Shown in pieces: positions 50,695 to 61,249 of a stretch of DNA of 64,000 bases. Numbering within the stretch: position 1 is the stretch's first letter; each line of letters opens with the position of its first letter. A program made the translations under genes and the position numbers. The stretch is from positions 128,001-192,000 of the forward strand of contig JBIQJB010000001.1 in the NCBI GenBank assembly GCA_044507735.1, written 5' to 3'. The stretch comes from Nitrosopumilales archaeon (GTDB taxonomy: Archaea; Thermoproteota; Nitrososphaeria; Nitrososphaerales; Nitrososphaeraceae). The notes below the pieces were generated by a model. It did not search any database. It was not told the DNA's origin and worked only from the letters and a program-made list of their open reading frames with translations.

Positions 50695-50784
50695 TTCCTA
50701 ATCTGAAAATCGTATTACGGTATATATTGGTTATTTTCAACTTCCAATACTATTAATACTCGCTACGTTCGTGCATTTTTTGCT

Positions 50785-50859
50785 GGATGGGTAGTCTAGT
50801 CTGGTTAGGATACCTGTCTCACACACAGGTGGTCGAGAGTTCAAATCTCTCCCCATCCA
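50785..50859 (+). tRNA. tRNA-Val(CAC)
   Basis: GGATGGG/CCCATCC acceptor, CCTGT-CTCACAC-ACAGG anticodon arm, GAGAG-TTCAAAT-CTCTC T arm. Confidence 0.95.
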
Positions 50860-50963
50860 CTTTTTCATTCATTCTCGGTGCGTTACATGTGCTATGGAAG
50901 TTCGACAGTATCCTGACAATGCCAAGTTCCAATCCCGCATGTCGCGGTTTGTAGCGTCGGCAT

Positions 50964-51440
50964 CTATTTCCTGCGCTCAAACTTCGCCCGTTTGCGTTCT
51001 AGGAATGATTCTGTCTCTGATAGCATCTCGTTGACTTTCTGCACGACCGCCTCGGCAGTTATGGGTTTCATGACCACTACGTCTGCGCCAACTTTCATTG
51101 CCATTGCCCTTGCATTGTCTTCTTCAACAACTACCATTATTTTCTGATCAGGCTTTGCCCGCCTGACGCTGATTATCACAGACACACCAGCGTCTCCGGC
51201 CATCGCGCCATTCATCAAGATAATGTCTGGCTTGGGCTCCATGACTTTGAATAGGGAGATGCATTCGTGCGCTGTCATTGCCGTCTTAACTTCAAAATTT
51301 GCCAGCTCAAACGCCCCCGCAATGTGAGTAAGGATAAAGGGAGAGGTATCTGCTAGCAGAATAATTGGCTTTGGGTCCGCTGCTATTCTCTCGTTGTTTT
51401 CTTCGTCCTTCTTGGACACCAATGGTAAGCGGAATAACAT
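50964..51440 (-). CDS. atypical (pseudo-)receiver domain protein
   Basis: IILLADTS, PDIILMNG (Asp to Asn), GADVVVMKP. Confidence 0.8.
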   Translation of the reverse strand: MLFRLPLVSKKDEENNERIAADPKPIILLADTSPFILTHIAGAFELANFEVKTAMTAHECISLFKVMEPKPDIILMNGAMAGDAGVSVIISVRRAKPDQKIMVVVEEDNARAMAMKVGADVVVMKPITAEAVVQKVNEMLSETESFLERKRAKFERRK

Positions 51441-51804
51441 GGTGTTTAACGGCTATAGAACTAGAGAGTTCGATTTGTCACCCGATAATGACTCAAAGAA
51501 GCCAGAACACTGGTCATTTCCGGCATTTCCGGCACATTGGCAGGTTCGTCACCTTGCCAGAGAAAACCATCGCTTTCCCATTGGAGAGCTGTGGTTAACC
51601 ACTGCCTGGCCAGAATCATCCTGGTCACAACAAGGCCTGTTCCTTCGAAGCAGGAAGATGGTTGACTGCCCGCGAAACGATTTCCGTTCCGACATTTCAA
51701 GTGAACGAAGGAGTGTGAACTGTGTCTGATGTCACGATTGCTACACTGGCACGTCGTCACGATACAAATCAAGGATCGAGGATGTGAATTTCGCAATTTC
51801 CTAG

Positions 51805-53040
51805 CTACGCGCTAGCAGGATTGGAGTCATTGATAGGTTCCGGTAGGTCTTTTCGGTATGCAATCTTTAGCCAAACTGGTGTGATGATGGTGGTAGCGGC
51901 TATCATGATGATGATAGTGGTATAGATGTCGTTAGTCAGCGCCCCTGACGACACACCCACGCCTGCGACTATCAGCCCTACTTCTCCCCTAGAGATCATG
52001 CCTATGCCAACCCGCATTGACCTTGACTTTTCCCTGAGGAAAATGAGTGCAGGAAGACCTGTTCCAACAAGTTTTGTTACGACTGCTACAGCTATCATTA
52101 TGCCTGCAAGATAGAGAACATCGAGATTGACGCCTCGTAGGTCTACCTGCGCACCGATAATGGCGAAGAACAGGGGCGCAAAAATAATTTGCAACTTTTC
52201 GACATATCCATGAACTTGCTCAATGACTCTAGTGCTTGCGACTGCCATACCAATGGCAAATGCTCCTACGATTGGCGACAAGCCGAAGAATGCTGCAATA
52301 CCTGCCGCTGCAAAGAAGGCGGCGGTAACAATCCCCTCTATGCTCCCTTTAGACTTCCAGAGCCTCTCTGTATGAAGTATCTTTGGGATAACCAATACCG
52401 ACACGATCAGTATTGCGGCAAAGGTGCCCAGCACCTGCATTACCAGGAATGTAATGTCCAATATTGCGGGTTCGGTATTTCCTGTCTGTACCATTGTGAC
52501 AACGACTGACAAGGCAGCGATTGCCAAGATGTCGTCAACTATTGCAGCACCTAGAATAAGGCGAGCCTCCTTTGAGTGCATCTTGCCGAGCTCGGTCAGC
52601 ACTTGAATTGAAATTGCGATGCTTGTTGCCGTCAGCGCGGTGGCTATGAGAATAGATTGCAGCGCCTCGACTCCAAACGCAGAGAATGTATAGTATCCTA
52701 CGAAAAACGGAACAATGACCCCCAGCGATCCAACGGTAAAGGCAGCAGCTCCTCCCTTTAGAAACTCTCTTGGGGTTATTTCTAATCCTGCAATGAATAA
52801 TATAACAACTGCTGCAATCTCTCCAAAATGCCTTACAGTTTCGTCCAGAACTACCAGCGGCTCCCCATTTACTAGAGGCAGTGCGCCGAGTGCAAAAGGA
52901 CCGACAATGATTCCGGCAAGCAGCTCTCCCAGTACTATTGGAAGTCTAATCCGATGAAACAGTTCTGCCATCATTTTGGCTGCAAAGAGCAGAACGCCAA
53001 GTGAGATTATCACGTGAAGAAATGTGCCCTCTACTGCCAT
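51805..53040 (-). CDS. cation:proton antiporter (CPA2, NapA/Kef-like)
   Basis: GELLAGIIVGP, LF.AGLE, ATSIAI, AAIVDD, GMISRGEVGL; ATG 53040 preferred. Confidence 0.92.
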   Translation of the reverse strand: MAVEGTFLHVIISLGVLLFAAKMMAELFHRIRLPIVLGELLAGIIVGPFALGALPLVNGEPLVVLDETVRHFGEIAAVVILFIAGLEITPREFLKGGAAAFTVGSLGVIVPFFVGYYTFSAFGVEALQSILIATALTATSIAISIQVLTELGKMHSKEARLILGAAIVDDILAIAALSVVVTMVQTGNTEPAILDITFLVMQVLGTFAAILIVSVLVIPKILHTERLWKSKGSIEGIVTAAFFAAAGIAAFFGLSPIVGAFAIGMAVASTRVIEQVHGYVEKLQIIFAPLFFAIIGAQVDLRGVNLDVLYLAGIMIAVAVVTKLVGTGLPALIFLREKSRSMRVGIGMISRGEVGLIVAGVGVSSGALTNDIYTTIIIMIAATTIITPVWLKIAYRKDLPEPINDSNPASA

Positions 53041-53335
53041 TGTGCAACTCTTGTCACACAAACAAACGCAATAAAAATGAACGCTTTCTATCCACAAAAC
53101 AACGATCAGTGCCGAGTGATCGGGATGGTGGACAAGGCATCTGTTGGCACCGCCACCACTGAATGCTAGTTCTGCGGATGCTCATTCAGCAGAGGTATCG
53201 AATTGATTGTATAGCCAGTAGGTGCAATTGTTGTGTTCTCGAAGACATATTCGCAGTCATCACAAGCCTTGGGCCGGACTTGGAAATCGCATATGAAGAT
53301 GAGTTCTAGGGAAATACAAGTATTGCTTGGTGAAA

Positions 53336-53785
53336 TCACCGAGAGTCTGATTCATTACTGGTTGCGACCTCGTTCTGCAATATGTCCCGGACGATTTTCT
53401 GCAGTGTTGACAGCGCGACAGGTTTCTTGATGAAGGCGCGAACATCGTGCTGTGGAAAGACCTTTTGATACTCCTCCGGATAGATCTCAAATGCAGTCAT
53501 GAAACACACGGGCAGGGTTGGATCTTTTTCTCTGAGCTTTCGATAGAGTTGGAATCCATTCATGACGGGCATCCTGATATCCAATAGTGATAGCTGATAA
53601 TAACTGGGCTTGAATTGCGACAGAGCATCATCTGGGTGGTGAAACGTGTCTACTACAAATCCTTCTTTAGATAATCCAATTGACAAGAAGATAGCGATAT
53701 CAGGTTCATCATCGACAATCAATATTTTGGCACTATGCGATGTCGCAAATGTTCCTTGGTTGCTACTGATGTCTCCAGAATTCAT
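53336..53785 (-). CDS. stand-alone response regulator
   Basis: ILIVDDEPD, LLDIRMP.MNGF, MTAFE, FIKKP. Confidence 0.92.
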   Translation of the reverse strand: MNSGDISSNQGTFATSHSAKILIVDDEPDIAIFLSIGLSKEGFVVDTFHHPDDALSQFKPSYYQLSLLDIRMPVMNGFQLYRKLREKDPTLPVCFMTAFEIYPEEYQKVFPQHDVRAFIKKPVALSTLQKIVRDILQNEVATSNESDSR

Positions 53786-54534
53786 ATTTAAGTTTCAGAT
53801 TCATGATATTTAATTGCCCGGGAATAATCTTCCACTGAAAATGCATTACGCAACGAAATTCCAAAATCACACTTCAAGAATTTTCTTCTTTCTTCCGTAA
53901 TATCTATGCCTTTTCAAGTAGCGTGATATGTTGGCAGATATCTAGCGTTCAATTCTGACAGATTTTGCTTGTTGTCCATTTATCGCAAGGGATGCCGCCT
54001 GACAGCTGATTAACCGCCCTCTGAGGATTTCTTGCATCACATCTGTTTCCCGCGCCGTTCTAACGATCCTAATATCGCTTTGGAAATAAAGTGTCCAAAA
54101 TAGGGAACAAAGATAGTCATAGTCGTGGGGCGGCAGATATCCTATTCAATAGAAACCATCATTCTTGATCACGCGCGAGCGCACGCAATCGACCTATCAT
54201 TCTCTTTCGACTTGCCGCATTTGTCGCATCCATAATATTGGTACAAGTTCTAGCTGGCAACTCCTGTGTCACTTACTCTAGTCTCTGACGAGTCGCCAAA
54301 GGCGGTTTTACTATTTTCTATTCCAAGAGCGCTATCGTCGATGCCGCATGTCTGTTACACAGTTCTCGGACCACAAATCTTCAACCATGATATGGAAACA
54401 GCCATGCGAGTTGGAGGCTCGCATATCTCCTCCCTTTCGCCTTTTCCCAACAAGTATGCCTTCATCTAGCTAGGATGAATGAAATTGCCGCAGAACGTCA
54501 TTAGCATCTGGCTAGATCTCGTCTAGCTGGATAA

Positions 54535-54690
54535 CTAACTTCTTCTCCTATACCATTTGTAGATGAAATAAGCCGCAGCAATTATCGCTACCACCACGAT
54601 CAGGGGCCATAGAAAATAGATTACAAGAGCTGCTATTATTATCAGCGCCGCGACGATCAACCAGTCTAAAATACCCATCGGACGAGCCAT
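54535..54690 (-). CDS. 51-aa hydrophobic membrane protein (below the ORF track cutoff)
   Basis: MARPMGILDWLIVAALIIIAALVIYFLWPLIVVVAIIAAAYFIYKWYRRRS. Confidence 0.65.
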   Translation of the reverse strand: MARPMGILDWLIVAALIIIAALVIYFLWPLIVVVAIIAAAYFIYKWYRRRS

Positions 54691-54951
54691 GTAAATGGAA
54701 GTACACTATTGCTTTTGAAGATTTGAGAAGTTTCTCGACGATTGGAAACTAATAAGACTTTGTGGTATCAGTTTACGCAAATACATGTGAATGATGGAAA
54801 GTGTGGTCCTTGGCAATGACAAAAGCATGAAAAGATCTTGGCGCAGCAGATAGTGTAAAGTAATAGTTGCTGCTCAATATGCAACTGACAACAAAATAAT
54901 GAACACGGATAAAAAGGGTATGTGTAGTTATGCTCCGCTCCAAACAGCAAG

Positions 54952-55341
54952 TCAGATTTTCAATTGCCTCTTTACGGCCGTGCAAATCTGGACTAGCTTG
55001 AAAGGCTTCTGAATGATCTCGTCACTCTTGATAGTTGGCAGTTTAGGCTGCAGATCTTCTGCAACTATTTCAAATGCAGTCATCATGATGATCTTGATGT
55101 CTGGCTTTGTCTTTCGCATCAATGCTGCAAGCATGATGCCACTCATCTCTGGCATCCTGAAATCGATCAGGCAGAGCGCGTATGCGTCTGGGTCCTGCCT
55201 GAAGCGCTGAAACGCAATCGCAGGGTTACTAAAGTCTTCTACTCTGAACCCCCACTTTTCGAGATACCGCCGAACGACATGCAAAATGTCAAGCTCGTCG
55301 TCGACTATCATTATTGTCTTGTTCCTGGAAAAGCCTGACAT
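54952..55341 (-). CDS. stand-alone response regulator
   Basis: IMIVDDELD, LIDFRMPEMSG, MTAFE, IQKPF. Confidence 0.92.
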   Translation of the reverse strand: MSGFSRNKTIMIVDDELDILHVVRRYLEKWGFRVEDFSNPAIAFQRFRQDPDAYALCLIDFRMPEMSGIMLAALMRKTKPDIKIIMMTAFEIVAEDLQPKLPTIKSDEIIQKPFKLVQICTAVKRQLKI

Positions 55342-55421
55342 CTGTTGGAAGGATAGTTCGACAACATAATAAAACTAGCTAGAACTCTATTCCTAGCTCT
55401 CATCCCGCGGAAGAATTGCCT

Positions 55422-56777
55422 CTAGCCTGCAAATCTCTCCATTATCCTGCCGATGCACTTCGTGGTCTTGTTCAAGAGATCGATTCTTGCAAACTCGTTT
55501 GGAGAGTGGATGCGGGCGAATATGTACGTGCTGCCGATTGAAATGCAGGGAGCCTTGAGTACCTTGATAAACGAGTACATCGGTCCCGTTCCGGCAGACG
55601 AAACGCTAGTGATTGCAGAGCCAAAGGTTTCCTTTGCAGCCAGTTGCACCAGCCTCACAAACGGGTCTCTTATTGGTGTTCTGGCAGCCGCTTCTCCGTG
55701 GATGAGCTTTACCTCGATGTCCCCAAAGCCGTGCAGCTTTAGGTGCCTCTTGAGCCGCTCCAGCTGCTTTTCCGGCACCATGTCTGGAACGAGCCTAAAG
55801 TCGATCTTGGCTGTTGCTTGAGCGGGAAGGACCGTCTTGGCACCTTCGCCAATATAGCCGGAGTTAAAGCCGGCGATGTTGCAGGTGGGCATCCCAACAA
55901 GAGCCTTTTTCACGTCTCTTCCTTTTGCATTCTTGACGAACCTTTCTGTGCCATATTCCTGCTTGAACTCTTTTTCATCAAAGGGCTCCTTTGAGATTAC
56001 TCCAATTTCTTCTCGAGTAAACGGTCTGACCTCTTTGTACCAGTCCTTTATCAATATCCTGCCATTATGGTCACGCATTGTAGCAAGCGCGGACACCAGC
56101 CTCCATGCAGGATTCTCTATTAGTACCGCCAGGCTAGAATGAGCGTCCCTTGTAGGCCCCCTTGCTATCAGCTCAACATACAACAACCCCTTCATGCCGA
56201 GACTGATTATGGGTCTGTCCTTTGCATCGACATAACCAAACTCCCAGATAACGCCGTCGCATGCAAGCCTATCGCGGTATTTTGTCAGGTATTGCTCTAC
56301 ATGCACACTGCCTATTTCCTCTTCTCCTTCCACCATGAACTTGATATTGCACGGAACATCTCCTGTCTTCTTGAGGAAGTATTCTACTGCCTTGATACGG
56401 GTGATGAGTTCCCCCTTGTCATCAGCAGAGCCTCTGCCAAAAACATAATTTCCCTCTACCTTACCACTGAACGGATTGTCATTCCAAAGCTCCACGGGTT
56501 CCTCAGGCTGGACGTCATAGTGGTTATAGAAAAGCAGAGTCTTGTCTGGGTTTGAACGCGACAACACTTCGCCGTAGACGATCGGCGGGATGCTCTTGTC
56601 ATCAAGATACAATACCTCTGAAGCAATACCGGATTTGCGCATTATCTCGGCAACGAGGTTTGCACACTCTACTAGACCTTGCTTTTTAGCAGACACACTT
56701 GGCTGCCTTATGAGCGTCTGGAGGTCGGAGACCAGTCCGGGCATTTCGGCATCCACGATAGAGTTTATTGCACTCAA
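55422..56777 (-). CDS. M20/M25/M40 metallopeptidase (dipeptidase/deacylase)
   Basis: YNHYDVQP, GRGSADDKG, EGEEEIGS, HSPNE. Confidence 0.92.
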   Translation of the reverse strand: MSAINSIVDAEMPGLVSDLQTLIRQPSVSAKKQGLVECANLVAEIMRKSGIASEVLYLDDKSIPPIVYGEVLSRSNPDKTLLFYNHYDVQPEEPVELWNDNPFSGKVEGNYVFGRGSADDKGELITRIKAVEYFLKKTGDVPCNIKFMVEGEEEIGSVHVEQYLTKYRDRLACDGVIWEFGYVDAKDRPIISLGMKGLLYVELIARGPTRDAHSSLAVLIENPAWRLVSALATMRDHNGRILIKDWYKEVRPFTREEIGVISKEPFDEKEFKQEYGTERFVKNAKGRDVKKALVGMPTCNIAGFNSGYIGEGAKTVLPAQATAKIDFRLVPDMVPEKQLERLKRHLKLHGFGDIEVKLIHGEAAARTPIRDPFVRLVQLAAKETFGSAITSVSSAGTGPMYSFIKVLKAPCISIGSTYIFARIHSPNEFARIDLLNKTTKCIGRIMERFAG

Positions 56778-56918
56778 TATGTCTGTAGAGGGTTTTCAAT
56801 GTGAAAATAAAGGTTGCCTTTCTTCATCCAGAGCAGCATGCCTACCTGTGAAAATATTTCTAGAATTCTCTATCTATGGGTATTATATGGGTGTAGAGCC
56901 GCGCATTCTTGTCAGTAG

Positions 56919-58133
56919 GTGAGAATGTTAGGGGATAGCCGAGATGAGGGGACTGGCATTGAAGTCATTCGAGACCGAAATGCTATCCAGCGTCTATACT
57001 CCTCCCTTGTCCAATCGGCCAGGAGTGAGATCCAGCTCTTTCTCCCGACCACAAGCGCCTTCTTGAGGGAGGAAAAGATGGGGATCGTTCAGTCTCTCCT
57101 CGACGCGGCTAAGCGTGGAGTCAAGATTCGCTTTCTGACAGTGGCCAACGAAACGATTACCTTAAAGATGAAGGCAATGCTGACGAACAGCAGCCCTAAC
57201 ATCGAGGTAAGGCGGATTAGACACGCTGCAACATCGGGCGATCCTCATGAAGCTAGGACCAAGATCCTCGTAATAGATCAGCGAGAGTATCTGATAGTAG
57301 AGCTGAGCGATGACTCGAAGGAAACGTTTGTCGAAGCTGTGCGATCTGCAATCCATTCTACAACCAGATCTACTGTCAGGTCGTACCTTACTCTGTTTGA
57401 CAACCTATGGGAGCAATCAGATCTATATGAAAAACTGGAGGCGCACGAAAAGATGCAGAAGGAATTCATCAATATCGCGGCTCACGAGCTTAGAACTCCG
57501 ATCCAGCCAATACTTGGTCTGGCAGAGATGCTGGAGGAAGAATTTTCATCTGGAGCTGAAGTATCAACGATCAAGAAGGAAGATTTGGCTCTGCTTGTGC
57601 GCAACGCAAGAAGACTGGAATATCTGGCCCAGTCAATTCTCGAGGTCTCTAGAATCGAGAGCAATTCTTTCAGCCTGAACAAGGAAAAGTTTGACATCCG
57701 TGAAAAGATAAGGAACTTGATTGCAGACGTGAAGATACTGACCGCGATGAGCGAGCACGTGAAAATTGAAGTCGCAATTCCTGAACCGATTCTTGTGGAG
57801 GCCGACAGGACAAGGATATACGAAGTCATATCAAACCTTGTACGAAACGCGATAAAGTTTACAGATGAAGGAACGATTATCGTAACTGCGCAAAAGCACG
57901 ACGATGAAGTGGTCATTGAAGTAAAGGACTTTGGAAAGGGAATCGATGCCGACATTATGCCAAAGCTGTTCTCAAAGTTTGCCACAAAGTCGAATCAGGG
58001 AACAGGCCTTGGCCTTTTCGTATCCAAGAAAATAGTGGAGGCGCACGGTGGCAGGATTTGGGCAGAGAACAACAGGGATGGAAAGGGCGCTACTTTTTCA
58101 TTCACTCTGCCATTACCTGAGTGCAAAAACTAA
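56919..58133 (+). CDS. cytoplasmic sensor histidine kinase with TrmB/PLD-like N-terminal domain
   Basis: AAHELRTP, NLVRNAIKFT, DFGKGI, GTGLGL; N-terminal AAKRGVKIRFL. Confidence 0.93.
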   Translation: MRMLGDSRDEGTGIEVIRDRNAIQRLYSSLVQSARSEIQLFLPTTSAFLREEKMGIVQSLLDAAKRGVKIRFLTVANETITLKMKAMLTNSSPNIEVRRIRHAATSGDPHEARTKILVIDQREYLIVELSDDSKETFVEAVRSAIHSTTRSTVRSYLTLFDNLWEQSDLYEKLEAHEKMQKEFINIAAHELRTPIQPILGLAEMLEEEFSSGAEVSTIKKEDLALLVRNARRLEYLAQSILEVSRIESNSFSLNKEKFDIREKIRNLIADVKILTAMSEHVKIEVAIPEPILVEADRTRIYEVISNLVRNAIKFTDEGTIIVTAQKHDDEVVIEVKDFGKGIDADIMPKLFSKFATKSNQGTGLGLFVSKKIVEAHGGRIWAENNRDGKGATFSFTLPLPECKN

Positions 58134-58143
58134 GTACTGGACA

Positions 58144-58311
58144 TCATTGAGATGGGTCGACAAAGATCCTTATCCTGTCGCGACCTGTAATCATGAAAGA
58201 CGAGTCTTCACGCTCTGAAACATCCACGATGATGCTGTACAGGACCCAAGCACTAAAGACCAATGCGATTATCGCAGGGATTACAAGCAAGACCCAAATT
58301 CCAGCTGCCAT
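58144..58311 (-). CDS. 55-aa single-TM protein (below the ORF track cutoff)
   Basis: MAAGIWVLLVIPAIIALVFSAWVLYSIIVDVSERED... Confidence 0.45.
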   Translation of the reverse strand: MAAGIWVLLVIPAIIALVFSAWVLYSIIVDVSEREDSSFMITGRDRIRIFVDPSQ

Positions 58312-58399
58312 GTGTTCTGTAGTTAGTTAGGGCTGTTCGGGATAAAAAACCAATCTCCGGATGGAGCATTTATAACCATCCTGAAGCGTTTTTCACTTC

Positions 58400-60502
58400 A
58401 TGTCAAACTCGATCTTCTTTGCTCCAAAGTCAATAGCGGTCATTGGGGCTTCTGAGAAGCCCGGTGTAGGCAAGACCATCTTTACCAATATTGCAAAGCA
58501 CTTCAAGGGCGAGATCTACCCTGTTACGCCGTCGAACCCGACGGTAGGGGGTCGGACCGCCTACAAGAGTGTATTGGACATCCCGGAAAGTGTGGACCTT
58601 GCCGTGGTCGCAGCCCCGAGCAGGTTTACTCCTGCCGTCATGGAAGAAGTGGGCAAGAAGGGGATCAAGGGGGCAATCATTGTCTCTGCTGGCTTTAAGG
58701 AGGTTGACGAGGCAGGGGCCAAGCTGGAAAAAGAAGTAGGCGAGATCGCTAAGAAATATGGCATTAGGGTAATTGGGCCGAATTGCCTCGGGATCATGAG
58801 CCTATCGCAGAACAACATTATGAATTCTACTTTTCTAAAGGTCACTCCAAAGTATGGTGGCATTGCGCTAGTCTCGCAAAGTGGAGCAATCTGCGCGGCC
58901 ACTGTAGAGGACGCCGAGGCGCAGAACATTGGATTTTCAAAAGTCATCAGCATGGGCAACAAAGTCGACATGGACGAAAGTGACGTGCTAGAGCTTTTGG
59001 CTGAAGATGCTGATACACGGGTGATTGTGATGTACCTCGAAGACATTCGCAATGCAAGACGCTTCATGGAAATTGCAAGAAGGATAACAACAGAGAAGAA
59101 AAAGCCTATTATCGTGCTCAAATCAGGCAGAACTGCTGAAGGTGCCAAAGCAGCAGCCTCGCACACTGGAGCATTAGGAGGTTCAGACGCAAACTACGAG
59201 GCAGCATTTGCCCAGTGCGGAGTTATCCGCGTCGACACGATGGGCGAGCTGTTTGACCTTGCCACTGCATTTTCAAAGCAGCCTTTGCCCAACGGAGGAG
59301 TGGTGATCGTTTCGAACGCTGGCGGCCCTGCCATCATTTCTACTGATGCCTGTTCCAGGTACGGATTAGAAATGGCAGACATCTCGTCAATCCGAGACGA
59401 CATTGCCAAGGTCATTCCGCCTTACGGTTCTCCAAGGAACCCTGTGGACATTGTGGGTGATGCTGATTTCGTCAGGTTTGAGAATGTGCTGAACCTCGTT
59501 CTCTCTCACAGGAATGTCGGCTCGGTGGTGACAATGTGCACGCCATCGGCTACGCTGAATTATGATGACTTGGCCAGAGTGCTCGTAAAGATGTCCAAGA
59601 AATTCCCTGACAAGACAATACTGGCGTCGCTCATGGGACTCGCAGAAGGTGTGGAGAATAGGACGATAATGTCGGAGGGTGGAGTGCCTTATTACCTGTA
59701 TGCAGAGCCGGCGATAAGGACACTGAAGGCAATGTATGAATTCAAGAAATGGGTTGATACATCTGCGACAAAGGCTCCTACACTGCAGTTTGCCAAGGAT
59801 AAGGACAAGGTCAGCTCCATTTTTGAAAATGTAAAGAGGCAAGGAAGAAACAACCTGCTTGAAGAGGAAGGCTACGAAGTGCTTAGGGCTTATGGCTTTC
59901 CGACTCCAAAGAGCATACTTGGCGCGACAGAGGACGAGTGCATCAAGGCTGCAAAGGAGATAGGTTATCCTGTCGTCATGAAGATCGCATCGCCTGACAT
60001 TATTCACAAGTCTGATGCTGGCGGAGTCAAGGTGGGAGTCAAGAACGATGACGAGCTGCGGGCCGCATTCAGATCCATAATAGATGGCGCCAAAAAGTAC
60101 AAGGCCGATGCCAAGATAAAGGGCGTGCTTGTGCAGGAAATGGTCACAGGAGCGAAGGAGACGATACTCGGTGCAAGTCAGGATCCCACGTTTGGACCGG
60201 TAATAATGTTTGGTCTCGGCGGCATCTATGTCGAGGTGCTCAAGGACGTGGTGTTCCGTGTCGCGCCGATCGATGAGCGCGAAGCCACGAAAATGGTGGA
60301 ATCAATCAAGACAATCAAGTTACTAAAAGGAGTCAGAGGTGAAAAGCCCTCCGACCTGAAGGCAATTGCAGATTCGCTGCAAAGGCTGTCACAGCTTGTG
60401 GTCGACTTTCCAGAAATAAAGGAGTTTGACATCAATCCGCTCCTTGTGCTCGAAGAAGGCAAGGGCGCACGCGTGGTAGATGCCAGAATTATACTGAAAT
60501 AG
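58400..60502 (+). CDS. ADP-forming acyl-CoA synthetase, probable 4-hydroxybutyryl-CoA synthetase of the 3HP/4HB cycle (Nmar_0206-like)
   Basis: GPNCLG, MNSTFLKVTPK, SQSGAICAA.VEDA, SHTGAL, ATP-grasp HKSDAGGV; matches my recollection of the thaumarchaeal enzyme. Confidence 0.88.
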   Translation: MSNSIFFAPKSIAVIGASEKPGVGKTIFTNIAKHFKGEIYPVTPSNPTVGGRTAYKSVLDIPESVDLAVVAAPSRFTPAVMEEVGKKGIKGAIIVSAGFKEVDEAGAKLEKEVGEIAKKYGIRVIGPNCLGIMSLSQNNIMNSTFLKVTPKYGGIALVSQSGAICAATVEDAEAQNIGFSKVISMGNKVDMDESDVLELLAEDADTRVIVMYLEDIRNARRFMEIARRITTEKKKPIIVLKSGRTAEGAKAAASHTGALGGSDANYEAAFAQCGVIRVDTMGELFDLATAFSKQPLPNGGVVIVSNAGGPAIISTDACSRYGLEMADISSIRDDIAKVIPPYGSPRNPVDIVGDADFVRFENVLNLVLSHRNVGSVVTMCTPSATLNYDDLARVLVKMSKKFPDKTILASLMGLAEGVENRTIMSEGGVPYYLYAEPAIRTLKAMYEFKKWVDTSATKAPTLQFAKDKDKVSSIFENVKRQGRNNLLEEEGYEVLRAYGFPTPKSILGATEDECIKAAKEIGYPVVMKIASPDIIHKSDAGGVKVGVKNDDELRAAFRSIIDGAKKYKADAKIKGVLVQEMVTGAKETILGASQDPTFGPVIMFGLGGIYVEVLKDVVFRVAPIDEREATKMVESIKTIKLLKGVRGEKPSDLKAIADSLQRLSQLVVDFPEIKEFDINPLLVLEEGKGARVVDARIILK

Positions 60503-60514
60503 ACAAGAAATCCG

Positions 60515-61249
60515 TCAGAGCCTGCTTCCGCACTCCGCGCAGAATGCAGAGCCGGCTTCATTCTGGTAGCCACATGCGTGGCACCTTCCACCACTTGACG
60601 TGTGCGATGGTCCTTCAGATTTTAGAAGGACTATATCTCCTATCTTTGAAACACCATCCCATGGAATTTCCTTGCCGCCAATCCTGAGCACGATCTTGGC
60701 TGTCCCTGCTTCTCTCTGCAATCCGACTTCTTCTACCTTCCCTATTAGCAAAGCCTCGCTATCATAAGCTGCCATTCCAATAATTGATTGCAGGCTGACA
60801 AATCCGCCGTGGCCATGTGGGGCAGTAGTCGGAGCGACAGCGATGTCTGGAGTGGTAGTTGTGGTTTCTGTTGTCGGTTCTGACCTTGGTTCGTCAGAAA
60901 CCATCGCTGGTTGTGGTTGCTCCTGAGCTGGCGCGTCAAACTTGCGGTACTGAGCAATGGTGGAATTGCATGTCTTGCACTTGTATTCCCCCTTTTCAAC
61001 AAGAGTGACGCCTTCGCCCAACTCCTCATTTGGATTATCATATTGTATCGCAGGCGCCCCTTCGTACTCTTTTTCGCAGTTGTTGCAATAATATTTTACA
61101 AATCTGTCGTCTTCTAACCTCCCAATGCCTGCCAGAAACAGCTCCGGTCCTCCGAGGTTGCCTCTCTTCTGCTCCTCATCGGTTACTCTTGCAATCGCAT
61201 ATCCGCCGGAGCCACGCAGCTTCTTTTGCCCCATGTCTTCAGCCATCAT
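60515..61249 (-). CDS. zinc-ribbon plus PRC-barrel-like protein
   Basis: CNNC, CKTC, GMAAYDSEA..IGKV...IGDIVLLK, C-terminal CHAC/CAEC. Confidence 0.8.
   Translation of the reverse strand: MMAEDMGQKKLRGSGGYAIARVTDEEQKRGNLGGPELFLAGIGRLEDDRFVKYYCNNCEKEYEGAPAIQYDNPNEELGEGVTLVEKGEYKCKTCNSTIAQYRKFDAPAQEQPQPAMVSDEPRSEPTTETTTTTPDIAVAPTTAPHGHGGFVSLQSIIGMAAYDSEALLIGKVEEVGLQREAGTAKIVLRIGGKEIPWDGVSKIGDIVLLKSEGPSHTSSGGRCHACGYQNEAGSAFCAECGSRL

Noticed and set aside
51464-51484. Possible att copy of tRNA-Val (GAGAGTTCGATTTGTCACCCG)
   Set aside because: Only the first 8 bp match; too degenerate to support
53985-54030. Fluoride-riboswitch-like words (GGGATG...TAACCGCC)
   Set aside because: The complementary pseudoknot segment and downstream gene context are missing
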